Assembly: GCA_965231075.1 (NCBI GenBank) | Contig: OZ246412.1 | Location: forward strand, 257,587-321,586 | Reading direction: 5' to 3' | DNA from: an uncultured Candidatus Saccharibacteria bacterium | GTDB taxonomy: Bacteria > Patescibacteriota > Minisyncoccia > RBG-13-40-8-A | Length of the DNA stretch: 64,000 nt | Shown here: in pieces, positions 9,993-19,981 of the stretch | Layout: each line of letters begins with the position of its first letter | Numbering within the stretch: position 1 is the stretch's first letter | Position numbers and translations under genes: made by a program | The notes under the pieces: generated by a model | What the model was told of the DNA's origin: nothing | Seen by the model: only the letters and a program-made list of their open reading frames with translations | Databases searched by the model: none

Positions 9993-10568
9993 TTAGTATT
10001 GATGATTTTTAGTCGCGTTAAAATTGTTTGCAGTTTCACCCAAATATTCCTCAACCTCTTTTGTTCTGGTATTGATAAATTCTTTTACTTCATAAATTTC
10101 GGCGTCATTTTTTTCTGTATCATAAATTGCAAATGTTGATGTTTTTGTTTTGACAGCACCAATTTCTCCGGGATTAACAATTAAACAGTCCCCTATTTTG
10201 TCTTTGTTTTTAACGTGATTGTGGCCATAAAAAACGGCATCAAAATCGCCCGACTTTGCCATCGATTTTGCTATATCTGGATAATGAGAAATAAAAATCT
10301 TTTTACCGCCTAATTCTAGTTTATCGTGAGTTACTTCGCTAAAAACTATACTAGGTGCGTTTTTTATAATCGACATTTTATCGCCATCATTGTTTCCCCA
10401 AATTGCAAAAACCGGAACCTTTGATAAGTTTAATATTTTAGCAACGCCAGTGCTTGTAAAATCTCCTAAAGATAATATTTTTTCGGCACCGCTGTTTTCG
10501 ATTTCTTTAAGCGCCAAAACTAAATTATGCGCATTGTCATGTATGTCTGATATGATTGCAATTTTCAT
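9993..10568 (-). CDS. YfcE-type metallophosphoesterase
   Basis: SDIHDN, LGD, GNND, GHNH, NPG. Confidence 0.9.
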   Translation of the reverse strand: MKIAIISDIHDNAHNLVLALKEIENSGAEKILSLGDFTSTGVAKILNLSKVPVFAIWGNNDGDKMSIIKNAPSIVFSEVTHDKLELGGKKIFISHYPDIAKSMAKSGDFDAVFYGHNHVKNKDKIGDCLIVNPGEIGAVKTKTSTFAIYDTEKNDAEIYEVKEFINTRTKEVEEYLGETANNFNATKNHQY

Positions 10569-10762
10569 ATTATTTTTTTACTTTCTATAAACTTTTTGAT
10601 TGATCTATCGTACGTTTTTTCGGCTTCGGGTGAAAAATAACAACCCGGCAACTCGCTATTTTCGCGATGATATTTCACGCACTCGCAGCAGAAGCCTTTT
10701 TTCTCGCACCCCTCATACGTACACGGGCAGTTTTTAAAATTTTGTTGTTGTTTACATTCCAT
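10565..10762 (-). CDS. Small Cys-rich protein (DUF6485-like)
   Basis: CPCTY.GC...G.CCECV.YH....LPGCYF...E.TYDRS. Confidence 0.8.
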   Translation of the reverse strand: MECKQQQNFKNCPCTYEGCEKKGFCCECVKYHRENSELPGCYFSPEAEKTYDRSIKKFIESKKII

Positions 10763-10766
10763 GGAG

Positions 10767-11165
10767 TTATTTTTTAATTTTTGATATTTGTGATCGAGGA
10801 ATTTTTCGTACTTTAACTTTCGTGTATCCTAAAATTTGCATTTTAACTAATCTATGTAAACCATCCAAAATAAGCCATCTTCCCTTATTTTTCATTATAT
10901 CTATTGGATGAGATAAATCGGATCGCATTGTTCGTTTGTATTGATAAGAATATTTATCGGGATTATTAATAACGTCTTTCGGTTTTAGTCCATATCCTTC
11001 TTTTTTATTGGGTGACCAAAATGGAATATTAAAATGCCATTTTAATTCAGAAATATTAATTTCTTTGACAAGTACTTTTAATTTCCAGACTTTCTTTTCG
11101 TCCCAATCAAAATCGAATCCGATTTTATTAATAATATCTAATATTTTCTTCCGATCCCCTGCCAT
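10767..11165 (-). CDS. ParB/Srx-like domain protein
   Basis: HPID..WLILDGLHRL. Confidence 0.65.
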   Translation of the reverse strand: MAGDRKKILDIINKIGFDFDWDEKKVWKLKVLVKEINISELKWHFNIPFWSPNKKEGYGLKPKDVINNPDKYSYQYKRTMRSDLSHPIDIMKNKGRWLILDGLHRLVKMQILGYTKVKVRKIPRSQISKIKK

Positions 11166-11174
11166 AAAATTATT

Positions 11175-11570
11175 TTAAATCAGTTTTAATACAAACCACA
11201 AAATCACAAAATGAAGAGTAGTATCGACGACAGTATAAACAACAGAAGTAAGCGCTATATCAAATTCTCTGTTTGGTTCTTGCGAAGCGCGTGCACTCTC
11301 AAAGGTTCTCCCTTTAATTATTTTTGCCCAAATATTGCCCACAGACCAATGATCAATTATAAAATGTGAAACAAAAATTATAATAATCGCCAATATATTA
11401 AATTTCCAAATTACCACAAATATTAATACGGTGTAAATCAGCGCATGTAAAGCACAAATCAGAAAACCCTTCAAATTCTTCGCGCTTTTGCCTATTGCCA
11501 TTTTCTTGGGTTGCAGAAAGAAATCCGCCAATATATGCCCAAATATTCCGTAAATAAATAGTTGTATCAT
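11175..11570 (-). CDS. DUF3307 membrane protein
   Basis: GHILADFFLQ, HALIY, SHFIID, DTTLH. Confidence 0.8.
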   Translation of the reverse strand: MIQLFIYGIFGHILADFFLQPKKMAIGKSAKNLKGFLICALHALIYTVLIFVVIWKFNILAIIIIFVSHFIIDHWSVGNIWAKIIKGRTFESARASQEPNREFDIALTSVVYTVVDTTLHFVILWFVLKLI

Positions 11571-11624
11571 GTGATTATTTTTAAATTAATTTTTTGTTTA
11601 CATTCCATAGATTATTTTAATTGA

Positions 11625-14600
11625 TTAACAATGTTCGTAAACAAAATTATAAACTTCAAATCCTCTAAGTTCACAGTCTTTTTCTGTATAGGTTGGTTCT
11701 GGCAATTTCGCAAATAGTAAGTCTGATATGGCCACCTTTACTCCCGCACGATTGGTTTCAAAGTCTTTCCAGTGCGGCACAAGCAATGGCTTAAGGCCAG
11801 TTAATAGTTCGTGTGCCGCACTTTTTATGGTATCTATCTCGCTTGGTGTTAATTTTTCTTTAATTAATAAATCAAAAATAGCCAACTCTTCTTCGCTTAA
11901 ATTTTCCTTAACGGTTCGTTGCTCTTCTTCGTTTAAATCTTTTGCAAGCACCACCAAATCATCAAAAAGCTGATCAATATCGTGAGCACCGCTATTATAT
12001 TCTTGTAAAAGAGAGGTCAAGCGCTCCATAAATCTGGCACGTTTTTTATTTCTTCTCATCATCTCTTCTATCTTTTGTTCGAGTTCAGCACTTAAGGCCT
12101 CCACTTGTAAGTTTTTGTTATCCAGCTTGGCGAAAAATTTATGCAAAGCATCGGCATCTAAAATGCTTAAATCTTTTATTTTTTTATTAGGAGAAATAAC
12201 GTACTCACCGGTTTGAATTGATTTGTCCAATAAATCTTCTAAATCTTTTTCAACTTGAGATACGTCAACGCTTTGCAACCCCACATCACGGATACGCGAA
12301 GCAAGCACACGAATAGCTGTCACTTCTTTATAGTAATCTTCCGCGCTAGGGTCGGGTAACACTGAACGATAAGCACTTTGTAAATCGCTCGCAAGATTTA
12401 AAAATTTCTTTTTGTTTTCTTGATTGCCAATTATTGTATTGGCATATTTCTCTAATAATAATAATTTTTGATTACTTGGTGCGTCAATTAATACATCAAT
12501 TTCTATTTTTTCTTTTTTTAAAAACCTTTTAACAACATCAAGCGCATCTTTTAAGTCTTCTACCAACTCGTCTTTGCTCTTAATAATCTCATCTTCGTCA
12601 ATTCCATTGGCCGCATACAATGCCAGGGCTCGTTCAATATTTTTAAACACACCGATATAGTCAACGATTAAACCATTTTTCTTCCCTTCGTCTGCTACGC
12701 GATTAGCGCGAGCAATAGTTTGCATTAAGGTATGATTTTTTAATGGTTTATCTAAATATAACGTAGAAAGATTTGGGACATCAAAACCCGTCATCCACAT
12801 GGCACATACGAAAATAATTCGTAAATCACTGTCAGCCTTTTTAAATTCATCTTCCAGGTTGTCTTTCAATATTCTTTCTCTGATTGGTCTTACGTCTATT
12901 TCGAATTCTTCCATTTCGGCAATTTCATTCTGATTATCTCCCAGGCTCACCATCACCGCCATATCTACATTTTCATGTTGTTCTAGTTTGGTCAAAATCT
13001 TTTCATGTTCACGTTCGTCAGTGGCACGCGAAAGATCCATTCTTAATTTGGCAATATAACGGTCCCATTCTTTTTTCACTTTGTCATACATTCTAAAAGT
13101 AGTTTTCTTGTCAATACAAACCACCATCGCTTTTCCGTCGTATCCTCGTCCGGCATAATGCTCTACAATATCACGTGCAATAGTATTTAAGCGATCTTCG
13201 CGAGTAATAATCTCGTAAAAATTAGAATATTCTCGTTCCAATTTCTCTTCTTCGTCTTCATTGAGATCATATCTTTCCATTAATTGTCCCAATTGCGCCT
13301 CAAGATTTTCATTAACATTTTTTAATCTTGGTACCCGATTTTCATAATACAATGGCACAGTTGCACCATCTGCCACAGATTGTCCAAAATTATAAACGGA
13401 AACATATCCACCAAACGTTTTAACTGTTTCTCCTTCGCCATCTGCCATGAGTGGCGTTCCAGTGAATCCAATAAAAGAAGCATTGGGCAATGATTTGCGC
13501 ATATTAAGCGCCATACGATCATATTGGGTACGATGAGCCTCGTCAGTCATCACAATAATATCTTCTCGCGTTGATATCGGTCCAAAAATATCTTGAAACT
13601 TTTGAATGGTTGTAAAAATTTGGCGATGATCTTGCGTCAATAAATCTTTTAAATGAGTAATACTTTCGGCATGAACTTCTGTTTCTTGAATCACGCCAAC
13701 ATTAACAAAGTTTTTATATGCTTGACCATCTAATTGCGTCCTATCCGTAACAATAATGAAAGTAAAATTGCCAGTGAGTTTTCGTAAAACCTTTTGCGAG
13801 AGCCAAACCATTGAATATGATTTACCAGAACCCTGCGTGTGCCAAAAAACACCCAATTTACCATTTAATTTTTTACGATTTATGACACTTTCAAACGCCC
13901 CATTAACACCCAAATATTGAAAATATCGTGGAACAATTTTTCTGATTTCGCTTTTTGATTCATCAAATAGAATAAAGTTTTCAAAAATATCCAAAAATCG
14001 TTTTTTATCGCATATTCCTTTTAATATCGTTTCCAAATCAGTTTTTGGTTTATCTTTTTCGTCTTTAGCTTTTTTCCATTCATTAAAAAATTCATATGGT
14101 GCAGTTAAGGAGCCGAACTTATTTTCAATGCCGTTAGAAATAATAATTCCCATGTTGTACCAGAAAAGCTTGGGAATGGCAGTTTTATAATCGCGAATAT
14201 TATCACGATGAGCATCAACTAAGCTTTTATGCGAAGCTTTTAATTCTAATAAAATAAGCGGAATGCCATTTACATATAAAATTACATCGGGTCGACGTGT
14301 ATACATCTCCCCCACTACCCATAATTGCGATACTGCCAAAAAATTATTATTTTCTATATTGTCAAAATCAAAAAATCGGACACGTTCAGTCCCCGTCTCT
14401 CCGTTTTCACGCGCGACATTCACGTTCACGCCGTCACGCAATAATTTATAAACTTCTTGATTGGCTCTCACTAAACTCAAATTTGATCTATCGCGAATAA
14501 TAATATCTATTGCCTGTTTTAATGCGTCATCTGATAACCCTGAATTAATTTTTTGTAATGCTGGCAATAAATATTTTTTGAGCACCACCTCTCCCTGATT

Positions 14601-14729
14601 TTCTCGTTCCAATTTCAAATCATCCTCATCTTTATAAGCATTAATATGGCAGTTTTTATCGTCCCATATCTTCTTAATGAGTTTTATCACCGCTTGTTCA
14701 ACTAAATTATCTTCATTAAATGGATTCAT
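11625..14729 (-). CDS. hsdR: Type I restriction endonuclease subunit R
   Basis: PD..YVNGIPLILLELK nuclease, WHTQGSGKS, DEAHR, FTGTP, TGFD, QTIARANR. Confidence 0.96.
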   Translation of the reverse strand: MNPFNEDNLVEQAVIKLIKKIWDDKNCHINAYKDEDDLKLERENQGEVVLKKYLLPALQKINSGLSDDALKQAIDIIIRDRSNLSLVRANQEVYKLLRDGVNVNVARENGETGTERVRFFDFDNIENNNFLAVSQLWVVGEMYTRRPDVILYVNGIPLILLELKASHKSLVDAHRDNIRDYKTAIPKLFWYNMGIIISNGIENKFGSLTAPYEFFNEWKKAKDEKDKPKTDLETILKGICDKKRFLDIFENFILFDESKSEIRKIVPRYFQYLGVNGAFESVINRKKLNGKLGVFWHTQGSGKSYSMVWLSQKVLRKLTGNFTFIIVTDRTQLDGQAYKNFVNVGVIQETEVHAESITHLKDLLTQDHRQIFTTIQKFQDIFGPISTREDIIVMTDEAHRTQYDRMALNMRKSLPNASFIGFTGTPLMADGEGETVKTFGGYVSVYNFGQSVADGATVPLYYENRVPRLKNVNENLEAQLGQLMERYDLNEDEEEKLEREYSNFYEIITREDRLNTIARDIVEHYAGRGYDGKAMVVCIDKKTTFRMYDKVKKEWDRYIAKLRMDLSRATDEREHEKILTKLEQHENVDMAVMVSLGDNQNEIAEMEEFEIDVRPIRERILKDNLEDEFKKADSDLRIIFVCAMWMTGFDVPNLSTLYLDKPLKNHTLMQTIARANRVADEGKKNGLIVDYIGVFKNIERALALYAANGIDEDEIIKSKDELVEDLKDALDVVKRFLKKEKIEIDVLIDAPSNQKLLLLEKYANTIIGNQENKKKFLNLASDLQSAYRSVLPDPSAEDYYKEVTAIRVLASRIRDVGLQSVDVSQVEKDLEDLLDKSIQTGEYVISPNKKIKDLSILDADALHKFFAKLDNKNLQVEALSAELEQKIEEMMRRNKKRARFMERLTSLLQEYNSGAHDIDQLFDDLVVLAKDLNEEEQRTVKENLSEEELAIFDLLIKEKLTPSEIDTIKSAAHELLTGLKPLLVPHWKDFETNRAGVKVAISDLLFAKLPEPTYTEKDCELRGFEVYNFVYEHC

Positions 14730-16192
14730 GGTGTTTTTAATAAATTAATCATTCTTTCAATGGAATCTTTCAATTGTTGTGATGTATACATTGGTCTTGA
14801 GGCATTATCCGGATGATGAACGCGATTTCTCACGTATGTCATCAATGTTTCCTTTTGAGGTCCCCTGACAGGATCTGGCCATTTTATTTCTTTGGTTTGC
14901 CCCTTTGACTCGAGCCAACTCTCCATATCATCTTGAGATACTTTCTGCGATGGAGTCGTTCTTAATTTGTCCTCCACTGACGAATATAGATCGTCGTGAA
15001 ATTCAATCGTTGGTAAATCGTAAGCGAAATAACAAATTTCACCCCAAGATGGACTCCATTTTAATAAACCAAGGCCTCTGGTCTTTGCATTTTCAATAAC
15101 AACTTTCTCGCCTTTAATTTCGGAAACAAGAACCTTAACTCCGTCCTTATCAAAACAATTTTTAAAAAAGAAGGGCGAGTGAGTTGAAATAAATACCTGT
15201 GATTCTTCCGACATGTCATGTAAATGTTTTGCAAACTTATCTTGCAAGGTTGGATGTAAATGTAATTCGGGTTCATCAATAATTATGCAAATTTCATCTT
15301 TTGAAATATTTGCAAGCGTCTCAAGAAAAACAAGCGCCGTAATCATTTCTATTCCACTTCCTGTAAGATTAACGGGTAATTCAAAACCATCAAATCTCTT
15401 TACGATTTCCGAATTATCATAAGGAGTCAGCGTCTTAATTATACTTAAATCAATGACCGGAATATTTAAATCCTTGAGAATTTTATTTGTTTCATCAATT
15501 GTTTTCTTCAACGTATCGCCATCAGTATTTTCAAACACGTGTTTTTCGATCTCTTCTCGTTTATGTTTAAATTTATCAACCTCATCCTTCATTCGTTGTT
15601 TTTTTTCAAACCGCCAATTAAGGTCATCAAGCACATTGGACATCGAAGAATTAAACCTTTTTTGTAATTGTTGTTCTCTTTTTTTTCCAAAATAAAACGA
15701 TTTCGGACTTTCTGCTGAAGCATATGATAGGGCCAACTGTCTTTCTGTAATTTTTAAAATAGATCCGGTTCCTCGCTTAATATTCCATCCATCTTCACTT
15801 CTTTCCTCCACTGGCAAGTAATAATGCTCTGTCACGACCAAATCATTAAATGCTTTTCCGGGGGCAGCTCGATCACGTTTTTTTGCCGTTAGTGATATCC
15901 CTTTACATTTAATTTTTTGCTTATTCCCATATAAATCTGGTATTTCGACATCAAAATCTTTTTCAAAAAATATTGAAATTTCAATAGGCCCATCACTCCC
16001 AAGGTAAAAATCCTTGATTGATAGTCGCGATGCAGCATAGCTAGAAGATAAACAAAGATTAATGGCCTCCAATATTGCTGTTTTAGAAGTTCCGTTATCT
16101 CCAATTATTAAGTTAAAATTATTACACTCAAAAGGCGGAGTGTCTTCGCTAATTCCTCTAAAATTTTTTATTGAAACAGATTTAATTTTCAT
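14726..16192 (-). CDS. ABC-type (AAA_15/21-like) ATPase with C-terminal putative HEPN domain, PrrC/Rlo-like position
   Basis: GDNGTSKT, TGSG, IIIDEPELHLHP, STHS; C-terminal RNRVHH (Rx4H). Confidence 0.75.
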   Translation of the reverse strand: MKIKSVSIKNFRGISEDTPPFECNNFNLIIGDNGTSKTAILEAINLCLSSSYAASRLSIKDFYLGSDGPIEISIFFEKDFDVEIPDLYGNKQKIKCKGISLTAKKRDRAAPGKAFNDLVVTEHYYLPVEERSEDGWNIKRGTGSILKITERQLALSYASAESPKSFYFGKKREQQLQKRFNSSMSNVLDDLNWRFEKKQRMKDEVDKFKHKREEIEKHVFENTDGDTLKKTIDETNKILKDLNIPVIDLSIIKTLTPYDNSEIVKRFDGFELPVNLTGSGIEMITALVFLETLANISKDEICIIIDEPELHLHPTLQDKFAKHLHDMSEESQVFISTHSPFFFKNCFDKDGVKVLVSEIKGEKVVIENAKTRGLGLLKWSPSWGEICYFAYDLPTIEFHDDLYSSVEDKLRTTPSQKVSQDDMESWLESKGQTKEIKWPDPVRGPQKETLMTYVRNRVHHPDNASRPMYTSQQLKDSIERMINLLKTP

Positions 16193-16196
16193 AAAA

Positions 16197-17345
16197 TTAT
16201 TTTAATTCTCTTTTCCCCGTTACCAATTGAGGAATTAATAAATCGCGAGCTTTAGATAAATTTTGATTTTTTTCTTGTAAGAATAATGATAAATCAAAAT
16301 AGTTGCATGCAAATTGACTAAATTTATCGAGAATTTCTGAATTTGGAATAATAACCTTAATATCTTTGACTTGTATCGGACTTAGATTTTGTTGTGCGGC
16401 GCCATTAGACATCGCCTCCAGTTTTTGTTGAAATCTTTTTTGCCTAAACAATAAATAGATAAATTCTCTAATATTTTTATTTACTGGATCAATTTTTGCT
16501 ACTCGCTGATTCAATACATGATTCGTCCCATATACAACGCAAATGCGTCCAACGTTTCCGGTTAGCGAAAGTAAAATGTCACCACTTTTTAAAATACAGT
16601 CCACGGGCAATTTTTCTGGTAATTCATCGATAAACGAATCAAAATTCAAAACAAATTTCCCATCATGAACATTTTTAATTGTAACTATTTTATATTTTCC
16701 ACTTTCTTGATATGTTGATCCCCTAAACGGAAAACCCGAAATAACATTTGCGAGTTCACTAATTTTTCCAATTTGCCACCCTTTCGGAATTTTGCCCAAC
16801 TCAGAGTTAACCATTTTTACTTTTTCATGTCCAGGAAATTTGAATTTTACGAACCATTCTGTATAAAGCAACTGCGCTATTTTTTCCAAAATTTTAATCC
16901 GTTTTTCGTTATTTTCAATTAAATCATCATAAGCAGACAAAACAGATGCAATTTGTGCTTGGGTCGGAAGATCGGGTAAAAATATATCAACATTATTTAG
17001 TAAATCATATGAAATAAACGGTTGTGCCGACCCTCTTATTGACTTGCGAAAGTCCTTACTTAATAGCACATAGTACCCGAAGAGCGGATCGTTACCCCTT
17101 TTCGCCAGGGCCATTATCCCATTGTAGGTAACAAAATGTTTTCCCCTTCCAAAAATTACCGTGCCACAATTTGCACCCATGTGACCTATGACAGGAGAAT
17201 TTTCAGCATTACATTCATTAAAATAACCGATAATGTTGCCGGCACCATAAACAGGATATTTGCCACCATTGCTTGGATTTTTATTGCCCTTTCCGTACTG
17301 AAATTTAAAAATATCTCTTAATTTTGCTTTCTGAAAAGTTGTCAT
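16197..17345 (-). CDS. hsdS: Type I R-M specificity subunit
   Basis: Two TRDs; QAQIASVLSAYDDLIENN..RI..LE, GKIPKGW, RDLLIPQLVTG. Confidence 0.95.
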   Translation of the reverse strand: MTTFQKAKLRDIFKFQYGKGNKNPSNGGKYPVYGAGNIIGYFNECNAENSPVIGHMGANCGTVIFGRGKHFVTYNGIMALAKRGNDPLFGYYVLLSKDFRKSIRGSAQPFISYDLLNNVDIFLPDLPTQAQIASVLSAYDDLIENNEKRIKILEKIAQLLYTEWFVKFKFPGHEKVKMVNSELGKIPKGWQIGKISELANVISGFPFRGSTYQESGKYKIVTIKNVHDGKFVLNFDSFIDELPEKLPVDCILKSGDILLSLTGNVGRICVVYGTNHVLNQRVAKIDPVNKNIREFIYLLFRQKRFQQKLEAMSNGAAQQNLSPIQVKDIKVIIPNSEILDKFSQFACNYFDLSLFLQEKNQNLSKARDLLIPQLVTGKRELK

Positions 17346-17373
17346 ATTTGCGAATTGCGTTTCTTGTTATATA

Positions 17374-17820
17374 TTAACGTGAAATTAAATCTAGAAAGTC
17401 ATCAAGTCGGTCGTCTAAAACTCCCATCTTGTTCATTAAATAAAACAAAAATAAATCTGTAGGGATAGAATTTGACATATATTTATTGGTAGTCAAATAA
17501 CCAACAAATTGGCCTACTAAATAAATTTTCGGTGGAGTAGACGTGTAAGGATTTACTGGGCTCAGTGCCGAATATTTGCTTCCATAGTTACCATATTTAT
17601 TAAAAATAGAGGTATTTGAATATTTGCTTCCATAGTTACCATATTTATTAAAAATAGATTCGGAATCGTACTTATTACTAAATTTACCCAGAAAAGTTCC
17701 GTCACTAGCTTCTAAATATCCGTTATCTGCATAAGGATCCACAAAAAAATTAAATCGAGACATAGAGTCCTGATAAAGTCTTTGTATTAATTCTTTTAAA
17801 ATTTGCTGTGTTGAACTCAT
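17374..17820 (-). CDS. Hypothetical protein with SIFNKYGNYGSKYS repeat
   Basis: ORF; internal exact duplication. Confidence 0.7.
   Translation of the reverse strand: MSSTQQILKELIQRLYQDSMSRFNFFVDPYADNGYLEASDGTFLGKFSNKYDSESIFNKYGNYGSKYSNTSIFNKYGNYGSKYSALSPVNPYTSTPPKIYLVGQFVGYLTTNKYMSNSIPTDLFLFYLMNKMGVLDDRLDDFLDLISR
17570..17658. repeat. Exact 41-bp direct repeat, 48-bp period, in CDS
   Basis: gaatatttgcttccatagttaccatatttattaaaaataga at 17570 and 17618. Confidence 0.9.
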
Positions 17821-18152
17821 GTAATTTTTTCTAAAAGTTTTACCAATTCTCTCGCCGCATCTTCTGGAGGCAAAGTTGCAATAAGCGAAGGAATCGCAGC
17901 AAGTGTAATATTTTCCTTTCTTATCTTTTTAATTTGTTGGATCGGCCAATAAAGAGCAGCGTTTATTAATGTTGCAGGAGCAACAACCAATACTTCGTTT
18001 TTAATAATCCCATATATCAAAGCGGTTAGCCCCAGCACAAAAATAGCAACAGCCATAATGCATATTGTAGTTTCATGAACTCGATTCTTTTTTAAAACAT
18101 CATCAATTCTATTATTTATTTCTTTTGATATATTCATATAATCTTTTTCCAA
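17817..18152 (-). CDS. Small 2-TM membrane protein
   Basis: Two hydrophobic helices; overlaps hsdM stop. Confidence 0.7.
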   Translation of the reverse strand: MEKDYMNISKEINNRIDDVLKKNRVHETTICIMAVAIFVLGLTALIYGIIKNEVLVVAPATLINAALYWPIQQIKKIRKENITLAAIPSLIATLPPEDAARELVKLLEKIT

Positions 18153-19723
18153 TCTTCTTGAATTTTCTTTTCCAATTTATGCGCTTCGTCGGTTAGATTA
18201 ATAAATTCGCCCGAAAGTTCTTTCATTCTTTTTCCAAAATCAACATCACTAATTTCTTTTTCGATAATTTCTACATAACGACCAGGGTTAAGCGAATAAT
18301 CATTGTCCTTAACTTCTTTTAGCGTTACCACCTTACATCGGCCTTTTATGTCTTTATATTTTTCCTCACTTCTTTCCTCGCGATATCTACGCACAATGCC
18401 TGCAATCTCTTGAATTTGCTCATTTGTCCATTCACTATGCGCTCGATCGATAGGAGTAAAAATATCCTGAGCATTTATAAATAAAATTTTGTTTTTTCTT
18501 TCTGTGCTTGTTTTTCTTTTATCAAAAAACCAAAGCGTACAAGATAACGTGGCATTCATAAACATATTGTTTCCAACAGAAATGATTACATCTACCATTC
18601 CTGCATCAATCATTTTTTTACGAATTTCTTTTTCGGCATTACCGGCATCGCTTGCAGAATTGGCCATAACAAAACCCGCTCGTCCATCTTTATTTAAGGC
18701 GCTAGCAAATATTTGCATCCACAAATAATTAGCATTAGAAATTTCCCCCTTGCCAGTAAGCGGAAGTCCCAGATAATAACGTGGATCGCCTTTAATTTTT
18801 GCTGGATCAATTGTGGTTTGTTTGTTTTTATCTTTTCCTTTTACGTTAAACGGTGGATTGGCAAGTACAAAATCAAAACCTCCAACGCTATTAAATGGAT
18901 CCTCATAAAAAGAATTGGTTTCTGCGATTTTGCCCGATAGACCATGGATGGCAAGATTCATTTTCGCAATTTTTACGGTTGAACCTATTTTTTCTTGACC
19001 ATAAATAGCAATTTCATTCATTATTTTCGCTTTTTCTACATGCGCTTTTACAAAGTTCGCAGATTGCACAAACATACCACCGCTTCCGCAAGCGGGATCA
19101 AGAATTTTTCCATGATATGGCTCAATAATTTCTACAAGTAACTTTACAATAGATTGTGGTGTAAAAAACTCTCCCCCTTTTGCTCCCTCGGAACGAGCGA
19201 ACTCACCAAGGAAATATTCATAAATTTCACCGAAAGCATCACCATCTATGTCGTCCGGAATCTGATTAAAATTTTTGAGAAGCGTAATAAGTATTTTGCT
19301 ATTTTCTCCGGGGTTTTTATGAAGCGAAGCGTAATCTTGTGGCAGAACACCAGCCAAATCAGTATTTTTCTCTTCAATTTCTTTCATTGCATCATTAATG
19401 GCCTTGCCAATATTTTTGTTTTCGGGAAGACTCATTAAATACGAATATGTAGCGATCTCCGGCAAAAATAAAACGCCTTTTGATTTATAATCATCAGCGC
19501 TAATTGGCCTTACGCGTCCACTGGTTTTTCCGGCATACGTTGCACTTTTTTCTGATACTATGTTTGTTTGAACTTTTTTAAATCTAACATCAGCAAATTT
19601 TAAAAATATCAGACCCAAAAGTGGCTCAGATATTTCATTAAGCTTAAGACCAGAATTTGCACGCAGTTGTTCTGCGGCAGCCCAAAGTCTTTCGTGTAAT
19701 TGTTTTCTGTTATCAGATGTCAT
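18134..19723 (-). CDS. hsdM: Type I R-M methyltransferase subunit
   Basis: LWAAAEQLR, GEFFTP, DPACGSGGMF, NPPF, YSLNPGRYV. Confidence 0.96.
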   Translation of the reverse strand: MTSDNRKQLHERLWAAAEQLRANSGLKLNEISEPLLGLIFLKFADVRFKKVQTNIVSEKSATYAGKTSGRVRPISADDYKSKGVLFLPEIATYSYLMSLPENKNIGKAINDAMKEIEEKNTDLAGVLPQDYASLHKNPGENSKILITLLKNFNQIPDDIDGDAFGEIYEYFLGEFARSEGAKGGEFFTPQSIVKLLVEIIEPYHGKILDPACGSGGMFVQSANFVKAHVEKAKIMNEIAIYGQEKIGSTVKIAKMNLAIHGLSGKIAETNSFYEDPFNSVGGFDFVLANPPFNVKGKDKNKQTTIDPAKIKGDPRYYLGLPLTGKGEISNANYLWMQIFASALNKDGRAGFVMANSASDAGNAEKEIRKKMIDAGMVDVIISVGNNMFMNATLSCTLWFFDKRKTSTERKNKILFINAQDIFTPIDRAHSEWTNEQIQEIAGIVRRYREERSEEKYKDIKGRCKVVTLKEVKDNDYSLNPGRYVEIIEKEISDVDFGKRMKELSGEFINLTDEAHKLEKKIQEDWKKII

Positions 19724-19726
19724 AAT

Positions 19727-19981
19727 TTAATTATACGCTCCTTGGCGATGTTTAATCCGGATAATAATAATTAATAAATGTTCTTTATAAACCTTGTAGA
19801 TTATTCTATAATGTCCCACTCTATACGAATAAAGTCCGTCTAATTTACCGTCTAGTTTCTTACCCAAAAACGGCTCTTTGGATATTATTGCTAATACTGC
19901 CAAAATCTTATTTTGATAATCTTGCGGAATTTTACTAAGATTTTTTTCTGCCTCTTTTTTGAATTGTATTTGCCATGCCAT
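19727..19981 (-). CDS. RelE/ParE family toxin
   Basis: MAWQIQFKKEAEK..GKKLDGKLDGLYSYRVGHYRIIY..IKHRQGAY; start re-set to ATG 19981. Confidence 0.88.
   Translation of the reverse strand: MAWQIQFKKEAEKNLSKIPQDYQNKILAVLAIISKEPFLGKKLDGKLDGLYSYRVGHYRIIYKVYKEHLLIIIIRIKHRQGAYN

Noticed and set aside
17570-17658. Possible CRISPR repeat
   Set aside because: Only two copies with a 7-bp gap, in frame within a CDS; no cas genes
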